From positions 1-44,618 of the forward strand of contig JAZSBS010000076.1 in the NCBI GenBank assembly GCA_045602525.1: DNA of 44,618 bases. The letters are read 5' to 3'. Position numbers and translations under genes: made by a program. The stretch's first letter is position 1. Each line of letters starts with the position of its first letter. Below, in pieces: positions 10,527 through 19,316 of the stretch. The stretch is from Acutalibacteraceae bacterium. Lineage in GTDB: Bacteria > Bacillota > Clostridia > Oscillospirales > Acutalibacteraceae. A model generated the notes under the pieces. That model made no database searches, was not told the DNA's origin, and saw nothing but the letters and a program-made list of their open reading frames with translations.

Positions 10527-11416
10527 AGATAATGATTACAGGCTGTCACGGTCAGTTGGGTAACGAGCTGCAGTCGATTCTTTCAAGCGGCAAAAGCGAG
10601 ATAGGCGCGGCACCCGCGGCTGTGCTCGGTGCCCAAATTTTGCCCGTTGATATCGACACGCTTGATATTTCCGATATGGCTGCTGTAAGCGAATATGTAA
10701 ATAATAATCACCCTGATGTTATAATCAACTGCGCGGCTATGACCAATGTTGACGGCTGTGAAAGCGATTATGAAACAGCATTCAAGGTTAATGCATTAGG
10801 CGTTAAGAATTTGGCTGTCTGTGCTGAAAATATCGGCGCAAAGCTTATACACGTATCTACCGACTATGTATTTGCAGGTAATGGCAAAAGACCTTACTGC
10901 GAGTGGGATAAGGTAGACCCGCAAAGCGTTTACGGCGCATCAAAGGCTTTGGGTGAAAAGTATGCCTTAAGCTATTGCAAAAAATCATTTGTTGTTCGCA
11001 CGTCATGGCTTTACGGCTATATTGGCAAAAACTTTGTAAAAACAGTGCGCCGTGTAATTAAGTCAAATGGTGGCATAGGTGTTGTATGCGACCAACGCGG
11101 CAACCCCACAAACGCAAACGATTTAGCCCATCACTTGCTCAAGCTTGCAGTAACCGAGGAATATGGTATCTATCACTGCACGGGTGAGGGAGAATGCTCA
11201 TGGTACGACTTTGCGGTTAAAATTGCAGAATATTCAGGGCTTGGTGATACGGTTACAGCTTGCACTACCGAAGAATACAATGTGAAATTCAATGTACCAA
11301 CCAAAAGACCGGAGTATTCATCACTTCGTAACTTGGCGCTTGAATGTACAGTCGGCAATGAAATGCGCGATTGGCAGGAAGCCCTTAAAGAATATATTTC
11401 AAAGGTGGAGGACTAA
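10523..11416 (+). CDS. rfbD: dTDP-4-dehydrorhamnose reductase
   Basis: Start at ATG 10523, behind a GGAGGGG RBS. Motifs: MKIMITGCHGQLG Rossmann fold, STDYVF, YGASK. Confidence 0.85.
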   Translation: MKIMITGCHGQLGNELQSILSSGKSEIGAAPAAVLGAQILPVDIDTLDISDMAAVSEYVNNNHPDVIINCAAMTNVDGCESDYETAFKVNALGVKNLAVCAENIGAKLIHVSTDYVFAGNGKRPYCEWDKVDPQSVYGASKALGEKYALSYCKKSFVVRTSWLYGYIGKNFVKTVRRVIKSNGGIGVVCDQRGNPTNANDLAHHLLKLAVTEEYGIYHCTGEGECSWYDFAVKIAEYSGLGDTVTACTTEEYNVKFNVPTKRPEYSSLRNLALECTVGNEMRDWQEALKEYISKVED

Positions 11417-11420
11417 GAAA

Positions 11421-12488
11421 ATGAAAACCTATTTAGTAACAAGCGGCGCAGGCTTTATCGGCTCAAACTTTGTCATCTATATGTTAAATAAATATGATGA
11501 CGTAAAGATTATCAACGTAGACAAGCTTACCTATGCCGGTAACCTTGAAAACCTTAAGAGCGTTGAAAATAATCCCCGTTACAGCTTTGTGCAGGCCGAC
11601 ATCTGCGACAGAGAGGCCATCTCTAAAATTTTTGCAGAAAACGATGTTGACTATGTTGTAAATTTTGCAGCAGAAAGTCACGTTGACCGTAGTATCACAA
11701 ATCCCGAAATATTTGTTAAAACAAATGTTGAGGGTACGGTTAACATGCTTCAGTGCGCTAAGGTTGCATGGACTATTGGTGACGACCAATACAAAGAGGG
11801 TGTAAAATACTTACAGGTATCTACCGATGAAGTTTATGGTTCTTTGGGTGAGACCGGTTACTTTATGGAGACCACGCCACTTGATCCACACTCACCATAT
11901 TCATCGTCAAAGGCATCTGCCGATTTCTTTGTAAAGGCATTTGGCGATACTTATAAATTCCCCATCAATATAACACGTTGTTCAAACAACTATGGTCCGT
12001 TCCAGTTCCCTGAAAAGCTTATTCCGCTTATTATGAATAACACTTTACAGCACAAAGACCTTCCTGTTTATGGTGACGGTATGCAGATTCGTGACTGGCT
12101 TTATGTTGAGGATCACTGTAAGGCGATTGATATGGTTATCCGTGGTGGCAGACTTGGTGAGGTTTACAATGTTGGCGGTCACAACGAAAAGCCCAATATA
12201 TTTATCGTTAAGTCAATTATTGAATATATCAAAGAAAACGTTCACGAAACCGTTGGCGAGCATATGATAAAGCACGTTACCGACCGTAAGGGTCACCACC
12301 GGCGTTATGGCATTGACCCACAGAAAATTAAGGACGAACTCGGTTGGTATCCTGAAACCTGCTTTGAGGTTGGTATTAAGAAGACACTTAAGTGGTATCT
12401 CGACAATAAAGAGTGGTTTGACAACGTAACAAGCGGTGCTTATCAGAAGTATTACGATACAATGTATAGCGGAAAAGAGGAACTTTAA
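11421..12488 (+). CDS. rfbB: dTDP-glucose 4,6-dehydratase
   Basis: Start at ATG 11421 (MKTYLVTSGAGFIGSNF). It has STDEVYG and YSSSKA catalytic motifs. The listed upstream extension overlaps rfbD. Confidence 0.9.
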   Translation: MKTYLVTSGAGFIGSNFVIYMLNKYDDVKIINVDKLTYAGNLENLKSVENNPRYSFVQADICDREAISKIFAENDVDYVVNFAAESHVDRSITNPEIFVKTNVEGTVNMLQCAKVAWTIGDDQYKEGVKYLQVSTDEVYGSLGETGYFMETTPLDPHSPYSSSKASADFFVKAFGDTYKFPINITRCSNNYGPFQFPEKLIPLIMNNTLQHKDLPVYGDGMQIRDWLYVEDHCKAIDMVIRGGRLGEVYNVGGHNEKPNIFIVKSIIEYIKENVHETVGEHMIKHVTDRKGHHRRYGIDPQKIKDELGWYPETCFEVGIKKTLKWYLDNKEWFDNVTSGAYQKYYDTMYSGKEEL

Positions 12489-13042
12489 TGGGTAAGTTTA
12501 ACTTTATTAAAACCTCTATTGACGGTGTTATTATTGTGGAACCTACTGCTTACGGTGACAGCCGCGGTTACTTTATGGAAACATATCAGAAAGAAGATTT
12601 TAAAGCGGGCGGTATTGATATTGACTTTGTTCAGGATAATCAATCAATGTCTACAAAGGGCGTGCTTCGCGGTCTTCATTTTCAGATAAACTATCCGCAG
12701 ACCAAGCTTGTGCGCTGTGTTCGCGGCGAGGTGTTTGATGTTTGTGTGGATTTGCGTGAAGGCTCACCCACTTTTGGTAAGTGGGAAGGCGTTATCCTTT
12801 CTGCTGAAAACAAGCGTCAGTTTTTGGTTCCAAAGGGCTTCGCACACGGTTTTGTAGTGCTTTCTGATGAAGCAGAGTTCTGCTATAAGGTTGACGACTA
12901 CTATCATCCGAACGATGAGGGCGGTCTTATGTGGAATGACCCTGATATTGGCATTGAGTGGCCAATTCCTGCAGATGTGGAAATTAAGCTTTCCGATAAG
13001 GATAAGGTGCAACCACCGTTCAGTGAATATAAGAACAAATAA
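12488..13042 (+). CDS. rfbC: dTDP-4-dehydrorhamnose 3,5-epimerase
   Basis: Motifs DSRGYFMETY, RGLHFQ and PKGFAHGF are classic RmlC. The start overlaps the rfbB stop. Confidence 0.9.
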   Translation: MGKFNFIKTSIDGVIIVEPTAYGDSRGYFMETYQKEDFKAGGIDIDFVQDNQSMSTKGVLRGLHFQINYPQTKLVRCVRGEVFDVCVDLREGSPTFGKWEGVILSAENKRQFLVPKGFAHGFVVLSDEAEFCYKVDDYYHPNDEGGLMWNDPDIGIEWPIPADVEIKLSDKDKVQPPFSEYKNK

Positions 13043-13052
13043 TTAAATAAAA

Positions 13053-13096
13053 AAACCTCCCTTGGTTAAACTAATCGTGAAGGGAGGTTTTATTTT
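13053..13096 (+). terminator. Putative terminator after rfbC whose 3' arm is also the SD of the next ORF
   Basis: cctccctt (13056-13063) pairs with aagggagg (13080-13087), followed by TTTTATTTT. Confidence 0.5.
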
Positions 13097-13279
13097 ATGC
13101 AAAAAGGAACAATGATGTCTTTTGTGAAGGGCGTAGGCGCAGGTATGATAGCAGGCGCTGCCGCAGTGGTTGCAGGTAAGATGATAATGCAGGACAAACA
13201 CAATGTTTCAAAAGGCTCTGCCAAGGTGGTAAAGGCTGTAGGTGAAATAGTTGACGGAGTGCAGACGATATTCAAATAA
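13097..13279 (+). CDS. Small hypothetical protein with a glycine-zipper hydrophobic segment (60 aa)
   Basis: A strong AAGGGAGG SD lies 9 nt upstream. The GVGAGMIAGAAAVVAG segment is present. It sits between two terminators. Confidence 0.5.
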   Translation: MQKGTMMSFVKGVGAGMIAGAAAVVAGKMIMQDKHNVSKGSAKVVKAVGEIVDGVQTIFK

Positions 13280-13310
13280 AGCAATATCTTATTCGAATAT
13301 AATATAACTA

Positions 13311-13355
13311 AAAAAATCAAAGCACCTGCTAATTAACAGCAGGTGCTTTGATTTT
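13311..13355. terminator. Bidirectional terminator
   Basis: Hairpin atcaaagcacctgct/agcaggtgctttgat, flanked by an A-run and a T-run. Confidence 0.8.
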
Positions 13356-13372
13356 AATTGTGTATTGTGAAT

Positions 13373-14290
13373 TTATTTTGCTTTTCTTTCCTTGTACATA
13401 ACCCACAACGGACCTGATATAAACAGGGAGGAGAAACAGCCTGATATCAGACCGAACACCATAGGAATTGCAAATGAACGCAGTGTTGTAAGACCGTAAA
13501 TTTCAGATACAACAATTATTGTAAGCACCGCGCAAACAGTTGTAACAGTGGTAACAATGTTACGTACCAATGTGTTAGATACACTCTTATCCATATTGTC
13601 AGAGAGTGACATATCGGGATAAAGGTGCTTGTTTTCACGAACACGGTCGTAAATAACAATTGTATCGTTGAGTGAATAACCGAGTATTGTAAGCACTACT
13701 GCCATAAAGTTCATATCTATTGGTAATCTGAATATTACGCATATGAAAAATGCGGTAAGAAGGTCGAGGATAAGTGCGCAGAATGCGGTAAGGGAAGCTG
13801 ACACACCGCCAATTTTTCTAAATCGAATACCAATGTAAACTACAACCAACACAGCCGTTATAAGCACTGCAACCAAGCTCTTTGCAAAGAAGCTGCCTGC
13901 TATAGTGGGGCTTACCGAGGTGGAGTCGTAAAGTTCAACTTTGTTATCGGTAAACTTTTTTTGGAGCGCTTCAGTAATATTTTCCTGAATTTCTGCCGAA
14001 ACAGAATCCCTACCTACAAGGGTGATTACATAGGAGTTAACGTCACCAGTAAGAGAGGTGTTTTTGCTAACGCTGAACTCCTTATCAAGAGCGGTAGCAA
14101 CGGTATCTTTAAAATCTTTTTCAGCAATTTCGCCTTCGTAAGAATATGAAATTTTTGTACCGCCGCTAAAGTTAATGTCAAGCTTGGGTCCGAAAACTAC
14201 GGTCATAACTATGCCTGCAATAATTAAAATTGCATAAGCAATAACTGATATTTTAAACCATTTTTTAGTATTAATTGTTTTATTAGCCAT
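13373..14290 (-). CDS. secF: Protein translocase subunit SecF
   Basis: It has six-TM SecF topology and the GYSLNDTIVIYDRVREN motif. It overlaps the secD stop. Confidence 0.85.
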   Translation of the reverse strand: MANKTINTKKWFKISVIAYAILIIAGIVMTVVFGPKLDINFSGGTKISYSYEGEIAEKDFKDTVATALDKEFSVSKNTSLTGDVNSYVITLVGRDSVSAEIQENITEALQKKFTDNKVELYDSTSVSPTIAGSFFAKSLVAVLITAVLVVVYIGIRFRKIGGVSASLTAFCALILDLLTAFFICVIFRLPIDMNFMAVVLTILGYSLNDTIVIYDRVRENKHLYPDMSLSDNMDKSVSNTLVRNIVTTVTTVCAVLTIIVVSEIYGLTTLRSFAIPMVFGLISGCFSSLFISGPLWVMYKERKAK

Positions 14291-15665
14291 TTTTCTTACC
14301 TCCGTAAAGAGCAGGATTTCGCATAAACTTAAGCTGTGAAATGCTCTTAATCATAGCTTTAGAAGCAAGAACACCCATAACAAGATTGAATATTACGCCT
14401 ATAAGCAATGTATAGCCAAATGAGTATATAGAGCCTGTTATCGATGAGCCAAAGAGTGACATAACGGGTGAGAATATGGTGCCCCAGAAGCTGTCAGGTG
14501 AGCCAAAAGCGCCCATAAGAACGATTGACACAATGACGATGGTTACATTACCGTCGATAATTGCGCTAAGGCTGTTTTTATAGCCCAAAGCGATTGCATT
14601 ATCAATTGTTTTACCACGTTTAAACTCATCGCGGATACGCTCTGCCGCAATAACGTTACAGTCAACACCCACACCGACTGAAAGGATAATACCTGCAATA
14701 CCGGGTATTGTAAGCGTAAAGCTTTGCGCACCTGGGAAGAAGCCCGAAATACAAGCAATAGAGCCTGCAAGCTGACCAAGCAATGCAATAGCCGCAACAA
14801 CACCGTTTACACGATAGCGTGCAATCATTATAAGACATACTATTCCAAAGGCTATAGCGCCTGCAACAAGCATAACGTTAAGCGCGTCAGATCCCAGAGA
14901 AGGAGAGATAATCTGTAGCTTGCTTTCGTCAACTGTAAGTGCAAAGGGAAGCGCACCTGCATTGATTTTGTTAGCAAGATCAATCGCTTCTTCGGTGCTT
15001 GCCATACCGTCGATATAAGCCTGACCGTTTGTGATAACGGTGTTTACGGTAGGTGCCGAAAGCATTGTATCATCCATCCAGATAGAGATGGTCTGTTGAT
15101 AATATGTCTGCGTAGCGGTAGCAAACTTTGCGGCGCCTACATCTGTAAGCTCGAGCGCTACAATAGGCTTGGTTGTATCCTCGGGGTGAACCGCCGCATA
15201 CGCCTGTTTGATATCCTCTGAGCCTTTAAGAATGACATTGGTGTTATCCTGATTTGCACAGAAGGTAAGCATCGCGGTTTCGCCTAATTCCTGAATAGCA
15301 GACTGCGCGTCAAATTCGCTTTCGCCTGCTTTCCACGGGAAGCGTACTATAATCTGATGATTACGGCTGTCGGCATAAACCTCATAGTCGGTGATATTGT
15401 TGTTTACAAGACGGGTCTCGATAACGGCTTTAGCCGAATCCATATCTGCATCTGTAATTTCAACATCCTCGATATCGGGTGCAAAAACAGCTTCTACACC
15501 ACCGCTGATATCAATACCCCAACGAATATCGTTAGCACCCTTTACATAAACCTGTCTGATGTCACCGTAGTAATTCTCAACACCAAAGAAAGCCAGATAT
15601 GTAAGGGCTAAAATCAGCGCGAGGATTACAAAAAAGGTCGACTTACGGGAAGTTTTAGACTTCAT
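14283..15665 (-). CDS. secD: Protein translocase subunit SecD
   Basis: It has an N-terminal TM, a large periplasmic-type domain, and a C-terminal 5-TM bundle with GIILSVGVGVDCNVIAAERIRDE. Confidence 0.85.
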   Translation of the reverse strand: MKSKTSRKSTFFVILALILALTYLAFFGVENYYGDIRQVYVKGANDIRWGIDISGGVEAVFAPDIEDVEITDADMDSAKAVIETRLVNNNITDYEVYADSRNHQIIVRFPWKAGESEFDAQSAIQELGETAMLTFCANQDNTNVILKGSEDIKQAYAAVHPEDTTKPIVALELTDVGAAKFATATQTYYQQTISIWMDDTMLSAPTVNTVITNGQAYIDGMASTEEAIDLANKINAGALPFALTVDESKLQIISPSLGSDALNVMLVAGAIAFGIVCLIMIARYRVNGVVAAIALLGQLAGSIACISGFFPGAQSFTLTIPGIAGIILSVGVGVDCNVIAAERIRDEFKRGKTIDNAIALGYKNSLSAIIDGNVTIVIVSIVLMGAFGSPDSFWGTIFSPVMSLFGSSITGSIYSFGYTLLIGVIFNLVMGVLASKAMIKSISQLKFMRNPALYGGKKNG

Positions 15666-15745
15666 TTTTTTGAAACCTCCAATTTGTTTGTATGTGATTA
15701 ATATATTATACTAAAATACGGAAATAAAGTCAAATTAAATTAAAG

Positions 15746-17020
15746 TTATTCCTCAATCAGTTTTTCAAGTGCTGCAACCTTAACCGACGCGCAAAGAATA
15801 ACAGCCGCTGTTTTTATTTCGTCAGCGCTTGGATATGTGGGCGCTATACGAAGGTTTGAGTCCTCGGGGTCAATGCCATAGGGATATGCCGCACCTGCAG
15901 GTGTTAAGATAAGTCCTGCATTTGCACAGAGTTGTTCAACGCGTTTTGCACATCCCGGCAATACGTAAAGACTGATAAAATAACCACCCTTAGGATTGGT
16001 CCAATGCGCGATGCCCGTACCTTTAATACGCGCGTCAAGCTCGTTAAGCACGCTTTCAAACTTTGGTCTAATAATGTCAGCGTGTTTTTTCATATGCTCG
16101 TAAAGGTCGTCAACATTTTTAAACATACGCGCGTGGCGAAGTTGATTAAGTTTGTCAGGACCGATGGTCTGGAACTTCATACGGCTTTTTAGAATAGCTA
16201 CATTATTATGACTGCCTGCCGCTACCGCCACGCCGGCACCGGGGAAGGTGATTTTTGAAGTAGATGCAAATATAATTGGTAAATCGGGGTTACCTGCTTT
16301 TACACATTCATCATAAATGTTAAGAAGCTTGTCGCCCTCATCATAAAGATCGTGAATACAGTAAGCGTTATCCCAAAAGATTTTAAAGTCTTTTGCAGCG
16401 GGTTTAAGATTTGCAAAGCGACGTACTACCTCGTCACTGTAGGTTGTGCCTTCGGGATTGGCATATTTTGGTACGCACCAAATACCCTTTACCTTTTCGT
16501 CCTTTACGAGTTCCTCTACCTCGTCCATATCGGGACCGTCAGCATTAAGCTTTACAGGGATGAGCTGAAATCCAAAATACTCAGTTATGGCAAAGTGACG
16601 GTCGTAACCGGGGGCAGGACATAAAAACTTGATGCCGTCTTCGCGACCCCAAGGCTTGCCGCCCAAGCCATGTGTCATAGCCTGTGCTATTGTGTCGAAC
16701 ATCATATTAAGTGAGGAATTACCACCAACAATTATTTGGTCAGGTTCGAGTCCTAAAATTTCACCGAAAAGATTTTTAAGCTCACAAAGACCGTCAAGGC
16801 CGCCGTAGTTGCGGCAGTCGATACCATCAATGTTTTTAAACCCTGTATCATTACCGACAAGGTCAAACATCTTTTCGCTTAAATCCATATTGTCGCCACC
16901 GGGTTTACCGCGTGACATATCAAGTGTTAAATGCAACGCGCGAAGCGCCTCATATTCGGCTTTTGCCGATTTATATTCAGCGTTCAGCTCGGTTTTACTC
17001 ATCTTTAAATAATCTGACAT
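15746..17020 (-). CDS. PLP-dependent aminotransferase (class I/II fold)
   Basis: Start moved to ATG 17020, behind a GGAGG RBS. The LDMSRGKP motif and SKITFPGAG (a plausible PLP-lysine context) are typical of this aminotransferase subgroup. Confidence 0.65.
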   Translation of the reverse strand: MSDYLKMSKTELNAEYKSAKAEYEALRALHLTLDMSRGKPGGDNMDLSEKMFDLVGNDTGFKNIDGIDCRNYGGLDGLCELKNLFGEILGLEPDQIIVGGNSSLNMMFDTIAQAMTHGLGGKPWGREDGIKFLCPAPGYDRHFAITEYFGFQLIPVKLNADGPDMDEVEELVKDEKVKGIWCVPKYANPEGTTYSDEVVRRFANLKPAAKDFKIFWDNAYCIHDLYDEGDKLLNIYDECVKAGNPDLPIIFASTSKITFPGAGVAVAAGSHNNVAILKSRMKFQTIGPDKLNQLRHARMFKNVDDLYEHMKKHADIIRPKFESVLNELDARIKGTGIAHWTNPKGGYFISLYVLPGCAKRVEQLCANAGLILTPAGAAYPYGIDPEDSNLRIAPTYPSADEIKTAAVILCASVKVAALEKLIEE

Positions 17021-17113
17021 ATGAAAACCTCCAAGGGGAAATAACAAAAAATGTATACTAAATATATAATATAATATATTTTACGCTGTTTTTCAAGTAC
17101 CAATTAAAAATAC

Positions 17114-17142
17114 TTGACAAATATTCTGTCGGGTGGTAATAT
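17114..17142 (+). promoter_or_regulatory. Sigma-A-like promoter of the trpB leader
   Basis: TTGACA (17114-17119), a 17-nt spacer, then TGgTAATAT as an extended -10 (17134-17142). Confidence 0.65.
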
Positions 17143-17149
17143 AATTTCA

Positions 17150-17417
17150 TATTAAAAACCTACGATTAAGAATAGTAGCCTGAATAAAAACTTTCAGAGA
17201 GCGGCTGTTGGTGGAAATGCCGTAGCGGAAATTCTGGCGAATGGACTTATGAGGGCGACCGAAAGGGCTTTTGCCTTAGTAGCAGTCGACGGGAGCACCC
17301 GTTACAGTGCGGCTTATATGTTGGTATAAGTGTGAGGCGGATGATTTTTTCATCAATCAGGGTGGCACCGCAGGATTTTATCTTGTCCCTTAATTTATTT
17401 AGGGATGGGATTTTTTT
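17150..17417 (+). promoter_or_regulatory. T-box leader (tRNA-Trp specifier) with terminator/antiterminator
   Basis: Stem I carries AGAGAG and GGTGGAAA elements. UGG is followed by A at 17242-17245, with a second UGG at 17235. The conserved T-box sequence AATCAGGGTGGCACCGCAGG lies at 17355-17374. The terminator pairs atcttgtccct with agggatgggat and ends in T7 (17381-17417). Confidence 0.85.
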
Positions 17418-17495
17418 ATTTATGATATTGCTTACAAAACGATGGCGTAGTTTGTTTTAACTGCCCAAACAATTAAAATTTAAGGAGAAACAACT

Positions 17496-18716
17496 ATGAA
17501 ACTAAATAATGTAGATTTTGATACCTATTTTAACAACTACCCCGACAAAAACGGATATTTTGGAAAATACGGCGGCGTTTATATTGAGGATAAATTAAAA
17601 GACGCTATGGCAGAAATTACCGAGGCATATTATTCAATTTGTCAGTCGCGTAAATTTATTGCCGAGCTTCGTAGAATCAGAAAAGAATTTCAGGGCAGAC
17701 CTACACCCGTGTCACATCTTGAAAGACTTTCTGATGCGTTAGGTGGTAAGGTTCAGCTTTATGCAAAGCGTGAAGACCTTAACCATTCGGGTGCGCCCAA
17801 GTTAAATCACTGTATGGGTGAAGCGCTTTTGGCAAAATATATGGGCAAGAAAAAAATCATTGCCGAAACAGGCGCCGGTCAGCACGGTGTAGCGCTTGCT
17901 ACTGCGGCTGCTTACTTTGGACTAGAATGCGATATCTATATGGGTAGCGTTGATATTAAGAAACAGGCTCCAAACGTTGCGCGTATGAAAATTTTGGGCG
18001 CAAACGTTATTGAGGTAACGCATGGTCTTGCAACACTTAAAGAGGCGGTTGACGCGGCGTTTGACGCTTATAGCAAGGAATATAAGGACTGTATTTACTG
18101 CATAGGTTCGGTATTGGGTCCTCATCCGTTTCCAATGATGGTGCGCGATTTCCAAAGCGTTGTTGGTATTGAGGCGCGTGAGCAGTTTATTGAGATGACA
18201 GGACATTTGCCATCGGCAATCGTAGCATGTGTTGGCGGTGGTTCTAATGCGGCGGGTCTTTTCTCGGGCTTTTTGAATGACCCTGTTGATATTTACGGTA
18301 TTGAACCACTTGGTCGCGGACCAAAGCTTGGTGACCACGCGGCAAGTCTTAAATATGGTACAGAGGGTATTATGCATGGCTTTAACAGTATAATGCTTAA
18401 AGACGAAAATGGCGAGCCGGCTCCTGTTTACTCGGTAGCGAGCGGTCTTGACTATCCATCATCTGGTCCCGAACACGCATTTTTACAGGATATTGGTCGT
18501 GTTAAGTATGATGTTATTGACGATGAAGAAACGATTGACGCGTTCTTTAAGCTTGCTCGACTTGAGGGTATAATCCCCGCAATTGAGTCTTCACACGCTG
18601 TGGCTTACGGTATGAAGCTTGCAAAAACAATGGATCACGGCTCTGTGCTTATTAACCTTTCGGGTCGTGGAGATAAGGATATGGACTATGTAATTGAAAA
18701 TTACGGGATTCGCTAA
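17496..18716 (+). CDS. trpB: Tryptophan synthase beta chain (stand-alone, no trpA in window)
   Basis: Motifs [17 protein letters not shown] (PLP lysine context), [15 protein letters not shown] and SGRGDKD are present. It lies directly downstream of the Trp T-box. Confidence 0.85.
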   Translation: MKLNNVDFDTYFNNYPDKNGYFGKYGGVYIEDKLKDAMAEITEAYYSICQSRKFIAELRRIRKEFQGRPTPVSHLERLSDALGGKVQLYAKREDLNHSGAPKLNHCMGEALLAKYMGKKKIIAETGAGQHGVALATAAAYFGLECDIYMGSVDIKKQAPNVARMKILGANVIEVTHGLATLKEAVDAAFDAYSKEYKDCIYCIGSVLGPHPFPMMVRDFQSVVGIEAREQFIEMTGHLPSAIVACVGGGSNAAGLFSGFLNDPVDIYGIEPLGRGPKLGDHAASLKYGTEGIMHGFNSIMLKDENGEPAPVYSVASGLDYPSSGPEHAFLQDIGRVKYDVIDDEETIDAFFKLARLEGIIPAIESSHAVAYGMKLAKTMDHGSVLINLSGRGDKDMDYVIENYGIR

Positions 18717-18742
18717 TGCATAATTCATAATGCACAATTAAC
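18715..18742 (-). repeat. Tandem heptamer array, 3-4 units of RTGMATT, read on the minus strand
   Basis: The minus strand reads gttaatt gtgcatt atgaatt atgcatt. It is inverted relative to the array at 19317-19344, and a 19-nt core matches at 18/19. Confidence 0.6.
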
Positions 18743-18889
18743 TAATGCAACAGCACATGCTATAGTGATATAGTAGGTGGTATAATTCATTGTTTAAGAT
18801 TCCTCGTCACTTTCTGCAGAATGACAAACCAATTTGGACATATCTATAAATCTGTCATCTCAAGTGAATAAATATTTAAAATTTAAAAC

Positions 18890-18928
18890 GCAAAACTGCG
18901 ATGATGTATCATCGCAGTTTTGCTTTTT
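18890..18928 (+). terminator. Strong intrinsic terminator, 172 nt downstream of the trpB stop
   Basis: A 15-bp perfect stem gcaaaactgcgatga/tcatcgcagttttgc, loop tgta, then TTTTT. Confidence 0.85.
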
Positions 18929-18956
18929 CTTGCATTGAGTTATGTCGCAATAAAAC

Positions 18957-19015
18957 CCACATATGTGGCAATACTATTTTACAACACTTGTGTTCATATG
19001 TCAACACTTTTGTTG
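18957..19015. promoter_or_regulatory. Cluster of palindromes upstream of the XRE gene (candidate operators)
   Basis: ccacatatgtgg (18957-18968), aacacttgtgtt (18983-18994) and caacacttttgttg (19002-19015). The last two share the CAACACTT..TGTTG core and their centres are 20 bp apart. Confidence 0.35.
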
Positions 19016-19046
19016 TAAAAAATGATATTGTTTTATTGGTGATTTT

Positions 19047-19268
19047 ATGTATTATAATGAAATTATTCAATTTGAACGTGAAACACAAAACAAAACTCAA
19101 AAACAAGTTGCAGAATATTTAGGAATAAAGCAACAACAATATGCAAGATATGAAAAAGGTATAAATTTAATGCCTATAACTCATTTAAAGAAAGTTTGTG
19201 AATATTTGGAATTATCAGCGGATTACGTTTTAGGTTTACCCAAAAATTTACCATATCCTAAAAGATAA
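19047..19268 (+). CDS. XRE-family helix-turn-helix transcriptional regulator (73 aa)
   Basis: The Cro/CI-type HTH reads KTQKQVAEYLGIKQQQYARYEKG. It has a GGTGA RBS and its own terminator. Confidence 0.8.
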   Translation: MYYNEIIQFERETQNKTQKQVAEYLGIKQQQYARYEKGINLMPITHLKKVCEYLELSADYVLGLPKNLPYPKR

Positions 19269-19275
19269 ACTACTA

Positions 19276-19310
19276 GGCTTTGCTTTTGATATAAAGCAAA
19301 GTCTTTATTA
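19276..19310 (+). terminator. Intrinsic terminator after the XRE gene
   Basis: ctttgcttt (19278-19286) pairs with aaagcaaag (19293-19301), followed by a T-rich tract. Confidence 0.6.
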
Positions 19311-19316
19311 TATAGT

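Noticed and set aside
11292-11420. Upstream extension of rfbB that overlaps the 3' end of rfbD
   Set aside because: ATG 11421 yields the canonical MKTYLVTSGAGFIGSNF Rossmann-fold start and has a GGTGGAGG RBS.
9768-13042. The rhamnose locus lacking rfbA, considered as an anomaly
   Set aside because: rfbA is often encoded elsewhere, and the window gives no evidence of decay or truncation. This is an ordinary arrangement.
18821-18871. A 16-codon ORF (MTNQFGHIYKSVISSE), considered as a possible precursor peptide for the PqqD-like protein
   Set aside because: It has no Shine-Dalgarno sequence and lies 3 kb from the pqqD-like gene in a different transcription unit. Nothing beyond its existence supports it. 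It is mentioned only inside the sRNA finding.
18901-19122. 73-aa plus-strand and 65-aa minus-strand ORFs in the AT-rich spacer before the XRE gene
   Set aside because: They overlap the trpB-distal terminator, the palindrome cluster and the XRE start. They have no SD and an implausible composition.
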